From Polaribacter sp. (GTDB lineage Bacteria > Bacteroidota > Bacteroidia > Flavobacteriales > Flavobacteriaceae): a stretch of 64,000 nucleotides of DNA. How positions within the stretch are numbered: the stretch's first letter is position 1; each line of letters starts with the position of its first letter. The translations under genes were made by a program, and so were the position numbers. Below are positions 58,227-64,000 of the stretch, one piece after another. The stretch is from contig JBELGW010000009.1 of assembly GCA_042091715.1 (NCBI GenBank), positions 5,270 to 69,269 on the forward strand, read 5' to 3'. Below the pieces are notes generated by a model, which was not told the DNA's origin, searched no databases, and saw only the letters and a list, made by a program, of their open reading frames with translations.

Positions 58227-59618
58227 ATGAATAAGAAACAATTTAAAACCATTAGTAGGCAGCGTATTGCAGATACCGTGACTCCGGTTGGGATGTATTT
58301 AAGGTGCAGAGATGCTTATGCCAATTCGTTATTGTTAGAAAGCTCAGATTACCACAGTAAGGAGGAGAGTTTTTCTTTTATCTGTATTGAGCCGATCATT
58401 GGTATGCGGGTGGTAGCAGATCAATTTGCCATTTTAGAGGATGGTGTAACCCTTGATAGTCAGCCTATCGAAAAGAATTTTTACCAATTGTTTGATGCGT
58501 TTTCAAAGTCGATTGTTTTGGATTGTGACCCTCAATTAAAGGCTTTTAATGGTTTGTATGGTTATACCACCTATGACAGTGTGCAATACTTCGAAAATAT
58601 TGAGCTCAAGGCAAAGGATGCACCTTCTAAAATACCGTTGATGCAATACAATTTTTATCGTTTTATTATTGTGATGAATCATTTCAACGATGAGCTTACT
58701 TTGATTGAGAATATTGAAGAGGGAGGGGTTTCAAGAATTTCGGAGATTGAGACCTTGATTGAGGCGCAAACTTTTACTACGCATGCGTTTGAAATGACAG
58801 GTGAAGAGACCTCAAATTGTACAGATGCTGATTTTAGAGGCTATGTGTCAAAAGCAAAAGCGCATTGCAAGCGTGGAGATGTGTTTCAATTGGTGGTGTC
58901 TCGTCAGTACCAGCAAGAATTCAAGGGAGATGAGTTTAATGTGTATCGAGCACTGCGCTCTATTAATCCCTCTCCTTATTTATTTTATTTTGACTATGGT
59001 TCGTTTAAATTGATGGGTTCATCTCCCGAAGCACAGATAAAAATCAATGGGGGAAAAGCCATTATCAATCCCATAGCAGGTACGTTTCGAAGAACCGGAG
59101 ATATGGCTGCAGACTTGAAGTTAGGAAAACAGCTTTCAGAAGATAAGAAAGAAACCGCAGAGCATGTAATGTTGGTTGATTTGGCTAGAAATGATTTGAG
59201 TAAGCATGCAGATCAAGTGCGTGTAGCGGTATTTAAAGAGGTTCAATATTTTAGCCATGTGATCCATTTAGTTTCTACCGTAGAAGGACAAGTCAAAGGC
59301 GCTCCCATTGAAGTGGTGGGTGATACCTTTCCGGCTGGTACTTTAAGCGGTGCCCCAAAATACAAAGCCATGCAATTGATTGATTCTTTCGAAAATCAAT
59401 CCCGTGGGTTTTATGGGGGTGCTGTAGGTATTATAGGACTGGACGGTTCTGTAAATTTAGCCATCGCCATTCGCTCTTTTGTGAGTAAGAATAATGTGCT
59501 TTATTCTCAGGCGGGAGCGGGTATCGTGATCCATTCAGACGAAGAAAAAGAATTGCAAGAAGTAACTAATAAATTGGCAGCGTTAAAAAAGGCGTTGTTG
59601 CTAGCAGAACAACTGTAA
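58227..59618 (+). CDS. trpE: Anthranilate synthase component I
   Basis: LLESSDY, GDVFQLVVS, NPSPYLF, GSSPE, EHVMLVDLARNDL, FPAGTLSGAPK, QAGAGIV. Confidence 0.95.
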   Translation: MNKKQFKTISRQRIADTVTPVGMYLRCRDAYANSLLLESSDYHSKEESFSFICIEPIIGMRVVADQFAILEDGVTLDSQPIEKNFYQLFDAFSKSIVLDCDPQLKAFNGLYGYTTYDSVQYFENIELKAKDAPSKIPLMQYNFYRFIIVMNHFNDELTLIENIEEGGVSRISEIETLIEAQTFTTHAFEMTGEETSNCTDADFRGYVSKAKAHCKRGDVFQLVVSRQYQQEFKGDEFNVYRALRSINPSPYLFYFDYGSFKLMGSSPEAQIKINGGKAIINPIAGTFRRTGDMAADLKLGKQLSEDKKETAEHVMLVDLARNDLSKHADQVRVAVFKEVQYFSHVIHLVSTVEGQVKGAPIEVVGDTFPAGTLSGAPKYKAMQLIDSFENQSRGFYGGAVGIIGLDGSVNLAIAIRSFVSKNNVLYSQAGAGIVIHSDEEKELQEVTNKLAALKKALLLAEQL

Positions 59619-59619
59619 T

Positions 59620-60201
59620 ATGAAGGTATTAATTTTAGATAACTACGATTCGTTTACCTATAATTTGGTACACATGGTAGAAGAAATTACGGGAACATTT
59701 CCAGCAGTGTTTCGAAACGATGAAATAGGAATTGAGGCCATTGCGAGCTATGATGTGCTTATATTGTCGCCAGGACCCGGGATTCCCTCGGAAGCTGGTA
59801 TTTTAAAAGAGGTCATTGCCACCTATGCAGGCAAGATTCCTATGTTTGGAGTTTGTTTGGGCTTGCAGGCAATTACCGAGGTTTTTGGTGGACAGATAGA
59901 AAATTTAGAGGATGTGTTTCATGGAGTGGCTACAGAAATGCAAGTGGTAGAAAAAGAAGCGGCTATTTTTAGAGGGATTCCTGAAAAGTTTGTTGCAGCG
60001 AGATACCACTCTTGGATTGCTTCAAAAGAAAACTTTCCGGCAACAATGGCCATCACTGCTGTAGATGAGGATGGCGAGATACAGGCCATTGCGCATCGTG
60101 AATTTAACATTGCTGCCGTACAGTTTCATCCAGAGTCGATTCTCACTGAAGTGGGCGAGCAGTTGGTAAGGAATTTTTTAGATACCGTACAAATTTCGTA
60201 A
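59620..60201 (+). CDS. trpG: Anthranilate synthase component II (glutamine amidotransferase)
   Basis: LDNYDSFTYNL, LSPGPG, GVCLGLQ, RYHS, QFHPES. Confidence 0.96.
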   Translation: MKVLILDNYDSFTYNLVHMVEEITGTFPAVFRNDEIGIEAIASYDVLILSPGPGIPSEAGILKEVIATYAGKIPMFGVCLGLQAITEVFGGQIENLEDVFHGVATEMQVVEKEAAIFRGIPEKFVAARYHSWIASKENFPATMAITAVDEDGEIQAIAHREFNIAAVQFHPESILTEVGEQLVRNFLDTVQIS

Positions 60202-60202
60202 T

Positions 60203-61192
60203 ATGAAAGCTATTTTAGAACACTTGTATCAGCAAAAAAAGTTATCGAGGTCAGAGGCAAAATCGGTCTTGAAAGCCATTGCATCCGAGCAATATGCTCC
60301 TGAGCAGTTGGCTGCATTTATGACCGTTTACAGGATGCGTCCTATTGCGGTTGCAGAGCTGGCTGGTTTTAGAGAAGCATTGCTAGAATTGGCGATAAAA
60401 GTAGATTTGTCTGAATTTAATACCATAGATATTGTAGGTACTGGTGGCGATGGAAAAGATACCTTTAACATTTCTACACTTACCTCTTTTATTGTGGCGG
60501 GAACGGGTCAGAAGGTTGCCAAGCACGGTAATTATTCGGTCTCTTCACAGTCTGGATCTTCGGACATGCTTCAGCAGTTTGGATACACATTTACCAATGA
60601 TGAAAAGGTGTTAAAGCAGCAACTGGCAACGGCAAATATTTGTTTTTTGCACGCACCTAAATTTCATCCGGCCATGAAGGCGGTGGGAGCTACAAGAAAA
60701 GCACTACAGTTAAAAACGTTCTTTAACATGTTAGGTCCGCTGGTCAATCCAAGTGCACCTCAAAATCAACTGTTGGGAACTTACAATCTCGAAATTGCTC
60801 GTTTGTACCGTTATATATTGCAAGAAGAGTCTGTAAATTATGGCATTGTTCATGCACTCGATGGTTACGATGAAATCTCGTTAACGGGTGCTTTTAAATT
60901 CTGTACTAAGCGAGGGGAGCAATTGATTGCCCCAGAAGATTTGGGACTCAAGCAGGTGTCAGCAGCAGCACTGTTTGGTGGTAAATCGGTTGGGGATGCA
61001 GCAAAAATTTTCAAGACAATTATCGATGGAAAAGGGACAGTAGCACAAAACAATGTGGTGTTAACCAATGCTGCATTTGCTTTGCAAATTGTCACAGAAG
61101 GAAGGTCTTTTCAAGAAGCTTTTGCAATGGCTAAAGAGTCTCTTTTTGGATTGAAGGCAAAGAAATGTTTGGAACTATTAGTAACACAGTAA
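60203..61192 (+). CDS. trpD: Anthranilate phosphoribosyltransferase
   Basis: DIVGTGGDG, FNIST, KHGN, GSSD, FNMLGPLVNP, DGYDEIS. Confidence 0.97.
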   Translation: MKAILEHLYQQKKLSRSEAKSVLKAIASEQYAPEQLAAFMTVYRMRPIAVAELAGFREALLELAIKVDLSEFNTIDIVGTGGDGKDTFNISTLTSFIVAGTGQKVAKHGNYSVSSQSGSSDMLQQFGYTFTNDEKVLKQQLATANICFLHAPKFHPAMKAVGATRKALQLKTFFNMLGPLVNPSAPQNQLLGTYNLEIARLYRYILQEESVNYGIVHALDGYDEISLTGAFKFCTKRGEQLIAPEDLGLKQVSAAALFGGKSVGDAAKIFKTIIDGKGTVAQNNVVLTNAAFALQIVTEGRSFQEAFAMAKESLFGLKAKKCLELLVTQ

Positions 61193-61309
61193 TAAAGTAA
61201 ATCAAGAATGAATGGGATTTCACTAGAAAGCGATGTAAAACACCACCTTATCTATGTGGGCATGTGTTTCGCCAATTAGGGAATGATCAAAGATAAAAAA
61301 TAGCATTGT

Positions 61310-62095
61310 ATGACAACACTTGAAAAAATAATAGCATTTAAAAAGAAGGAAGTAGCGAAGATCAAAGCAGAGGTTCCTGTACATAAATTGGTGGAGAGTC
61401 CAAATTTTAAAAGGACTGCATTTTCCTTGAAGAAATCGCTACTAGCGGTGGGTTCAACGGGGATTATTGCAGAATTTAAGCGTCAATCTCCATCCAAAGG
61501 CATTCTCAATGACAAAGTGAGTGTTGTTGATGTGACCAATGGCTATTTGGATGCAAATGTGGCAGCCCAATCAATCTTGACAGACACTTCCTTTTTTGGG
61601 GGAAGCATGGCTGATCTGATGGAGGCTCGGGTGGTCAACCAAGTAAAACCAATTTTGCGAAAAGATTTTATTGTCGATGGTTTTCAGGTGGTAGAGGCGA
61701 AAGCTATTGGAGCAGATGCCATTCTTTTGATTGCCGCATGTTTGACCAAGCAAGAGCTAAAAAATTATGGTCAGTTGGCAACAGATCTCGGTATGGAGGT
61801 GTTGTATGAGGTGCACAGTGAGCAGGATATGGACAAGCTAGATTTGACCAATAAGATCATTGGAATTAACAATCGGAATCTACACACCTTTGAGGTAGAT
61901 ATTGAAAATTCGATTCGTTTGGCGAAGCAAGTGCCTGATAGTTGTGTTAAAATTTCTGAAAGTGGTATCTCAGATCCGTCTGTGATTGCAGGTTTGAAGG
62001 CGCATGACTTTCATGGGTTTCTCATCGGTGAGCAATTCATGCAAGCGGAAGATCCGGGGTTGGCCTGTCAGGAGTTTATCGATCAAATCAGATAA
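61310..62095 (+). CDS. trpC: Indole-3-glycerol phosphate synthase
   Basis: IIAEFKRQSPSKG, SILTD..FFGG, LRKDFIVD, GADAILLI, IGINNRNL, SESGI, GFLIGE. Confidence 0.97.
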   Translation: MTTLEKIIAFKKKEVAKIKAEVPVHKLVESPNFKRTAFSLKKSLLAVGSTGIIAEFKRQSPSKGILNDKVSVVDVTNGYLDANVAAQSILTDTSFFGGSMADLMEARVVNQVKPILRKDFIVDGFQVVEAKAIGADAILLIAACLTKQELKNYGQLATDLGMEVLYEVHSEQDMDKLDLTNKIIGINNRNLHTFEVDIENSIRLAKQVPDSCVKISESGISDPSVIAGLKAHDFHGFLIGEQFMQAEDPGLACQEFIDQIR

Positions 62096-62172
62096 ATGGT
62101 TGACCGGTGTTCTGGCTGGGAATGTAGTTGCCGCTCTGTGGTAAATGGGGTCATTAAAAAGGTTAGTAGTAT

Positions 62173-62835
62173 ATGAAGATTAAAGTTTGTGGATTGAAAT
62201 ATCGAGAAAATATGATGGAGGTTGCCGGGTTGCAACCCGATTATATGGGCTTTATTTTTTACGAGAAATCGAAGCGTTATTTTACAGGGACTATGCCCGA
62301 AATTCCAGCATCGATTCAAAAGACAGGTGTTTTTGTCAATGCCTCTATAGATGTGGTTGTGCAGAAAGTGGTGCAGTATGATTTGCAGGCGATCCAATTG
62401 CACGGCGATGAAACAGTTTCCTATATTCATGCATTGCGAGCTTCACTAGCACAAACATTTGTTACAGTTCAAGCTGCTCAGGTGCTCCAGAAGATTGACT
62501 TGATCAAAGTATTTGCTATTGATAGTCAATTTGATTTCAAGGAGGTTATGGTCTACGAGTCGGTGGTTGATTATTTTCTGTTTGATACCAAAGGAAAAGA
62601 GCGGGGTGGAAATGGCGTTGTCTTTGACTGGTCGTTGCTAGCTCAGTACACATCTTCAGTACCCTTTTTTTTGAGTGGAGGTATTGGATTGGAGCATCTA
62701 GAGAACATTCGAAAATTACGAGAAACGGCATTGCCTGTGCATGCATTAGATATCAATAGTAGCTTTGAAATCAGACCCGGTTTCAAATCAGTAGTAAACA
62801 TACAAAAATTTAAAGATGAACTTTCAACCAACTAA
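62173..62835 (+). CDS. trpF: Phosphoribosylanthranilate isomerase
   Basis: [51 protein letters not shown]. Confidence 0.95.
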   Translation: MKIKVCGLKYRENMMEVAGLQPDYMGFIFYEKSKRYFTGTMPEIPASIQKTGVFVNASIDVVVQKVVQYDLQAIQLHGDETVSYIHALRASLAQTFVTVQAAQVLQKIDLIKVFAIDSQFDFKEVMVYESVVDYFLFDTKGKERGGNGVVFDWSLLAQYTSSVPFFLSGGIGLEHLENIRKLRETALPVHALDINSSFEIRPGFKSVVNIQKFKDELSTN

Positions 62836-63994
62836 AGAAGGGTATTACGGCCAGTTTGGTGGCGCGTTTATTCCAGAATTGTTATACCCTAATATCAAAG
62901 AATTAGAGGAGAATTACTTGAGTATTTTGGCTTCTGATGCCTTTCAAAAGGAGTACAAAGACCTCTTACAGCATTATGTAGGAAGACCGAGTCCGTTGTA
63001 TTTGGCAAAGCGTTTGTCAGAGAAATATGGAGCGACGATCTATTTAAAACGAGAAGATTTAAATCATACCGGTGCCCATAAAGTAAATAATACTGTTGGT
63101 CAGATATTGGTGGCAAAGCATTTGGGCAAAACCAAGATCATTGCAGAAACAGGCGCTGGGCAGCATGGTGTTGCTACCGCTACGGTTTGTGCATTGATGG
63201 ATTTGGAGTGTGTAGTTTTTATGGGAGAAACAGACATCAAGCGACAAGCGCCCAATGTTGCCCGTATGAAAATGTTGGGAGCCACTGTGATTCCTGCAAG
63301 TAGTGGAAGTAAAACTTTAAAGGATGCTACCAATGAGGCCATTCGTTACTGGATTCAGCATCCAGAAACTTATTATCTAATAGGGTCTGTGGTGGGTCCG
63401 CATCCTTATCCAGATATGGTTGCACGTTTGCAAGCAGTCATTTCGGAGGAGATGAAGGTGCAGTTAAAGGCGCAAACAGGAAAAGAAAACCCTGATAGTA
63501 TTATTGCTTGTGTGGGTGGAGGATCCAATGCGGCAGGGGCATTTTATCACTATCTAGCTGATGAAGAGGTGGAGTTGATTGCTGTTGAAGCTGCTGGACT
63601 TGGGGTGCATTCTGGATCGAGTGCTGCCACGTCGCAATTGGGTGAAGTGGGCGTGATTCATGGTAGTAAAACTATTTTAATGCAAGACGATTACGGTCAA
63701 ATTGTAGAGCCGTATTCCATTTCTGCAGGGTTGGATTATCCTGGCGTAGGTCCCTTGCATGCCTATTTGTATGAAACAAAACGGGCGCAATTTATGAGTG
63801 CTACTGATCAAGAAGCCATGGATGCTGCCTATGAACTCACCAGAATAGAAGGGATTATTCCTGCGTTGGAAACCGCTCATGCATTGGCTGTTTTGCCGAA
63901 GATGAATTTGAAGAAAGATCAGGTAGTCGTAATCAATTTATCGGGTAGAGGCGATAAGGATTTGGAATTATATACTCATCATTTAAACGCATAA
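62816..63994 (+). CDS. trpB: Tryptophan synthase beta chain
   Basis: [58 protein letters not shown]. Confidence 0.98.
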   Translation: MNFQPTKEGYYGQFGGAFIPELLYPNIKELEENYLSILASDAFQKEYKDLLQHYVGRPSPLYLAKRLSEKYGATIYLKREDLNHTGAHKVNNTVGQILVAKHLGKTKIIAETGAGQHGVATATVCALMDLECVVFMGETDIKRQAPNVARMKMLGATVIPASSGSKTLKDATNEAIRYWIQHPETYYLIGSVVGPHPYPDMVARLQAVISEEMKVQLKAQTGKENPDSIIACVGGGSNAAGAFYHYLADEEVELIAVEAAGLGVHSGSSAATSQLGEVGVIHGSKTILMQDDYGQIVEPYSISAGLDYPGVGPLHAYLYETKRAQFMSATDQEAMDAAYELTRIEGIIPALETAHALAVLPKMNLKKDQVVVINLSGRGDKDLELYTHHLNA

Positions 63995-63997
63995 GTC

Positions 63998-64000
63998 ATG
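63998..64000 (+). CDS. trpA: Probable start codon of tryptophan synthase alpha chain (rest outside the window)
   Basis: ATG 3 nt after the trpB stop at the window edge; identity inferred only from operon order. Confidence 0.4.

Overview
A core-genome segment of an AT-rich Flavobacteriaceae chromosome; gene content and order resemble marine Polaribacter/Tenacibaculum-type bacteria, which is an inference. In order it holds mreB (partial), purH, a GAF/fRMsr protein, a three-gene Cys-rich module (HYC_CC_PP protein, TonB-dependent receptor, exported HMA protein), groEL/groES, a miaB-sigma54 activator-lptE-TPR-secG run, topA, an arginase-fold gene, and gldKLMN (T9SS/gliding motor). Next come an ABC-F ATPase, a PLP enzyme-glucosaminidase-gamma-CA run, mscS, exported hydrolases, lysS, a BlaI/M56 pair, obgE-adk-hpt, secDF, fhs, mdh, gyrB, asnB and the trp operon. 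I saw no rRNA, tRNA, CRISPR, IS or prophage. Best leads: (1) the HYC_CC_PP gene may be a metal-sensing, ribosome-stalling upstream ORF controlling a Cys-Cys TonB receptor and a periplasmic metallochaperone, by analogy to CruR-BfrG; (2) an arginase-fold protein missing three metal ligands sits directly before gldKLMN; (3) a promoter-to-terminator, hairpin-rich ~100-nt sRNA candidate lies next to lysS; (4) a Trp-Trp-Trp leader peptide and attenuator, too short for the ORF track, precede trpE; (5) three AACTA-N6-TAGTT operator palindromes precede blaI; (6) a sigma54-like site upstream of groES lies near an activator with no sensor domain. Product calls come from motif recognition only; no searches were run.
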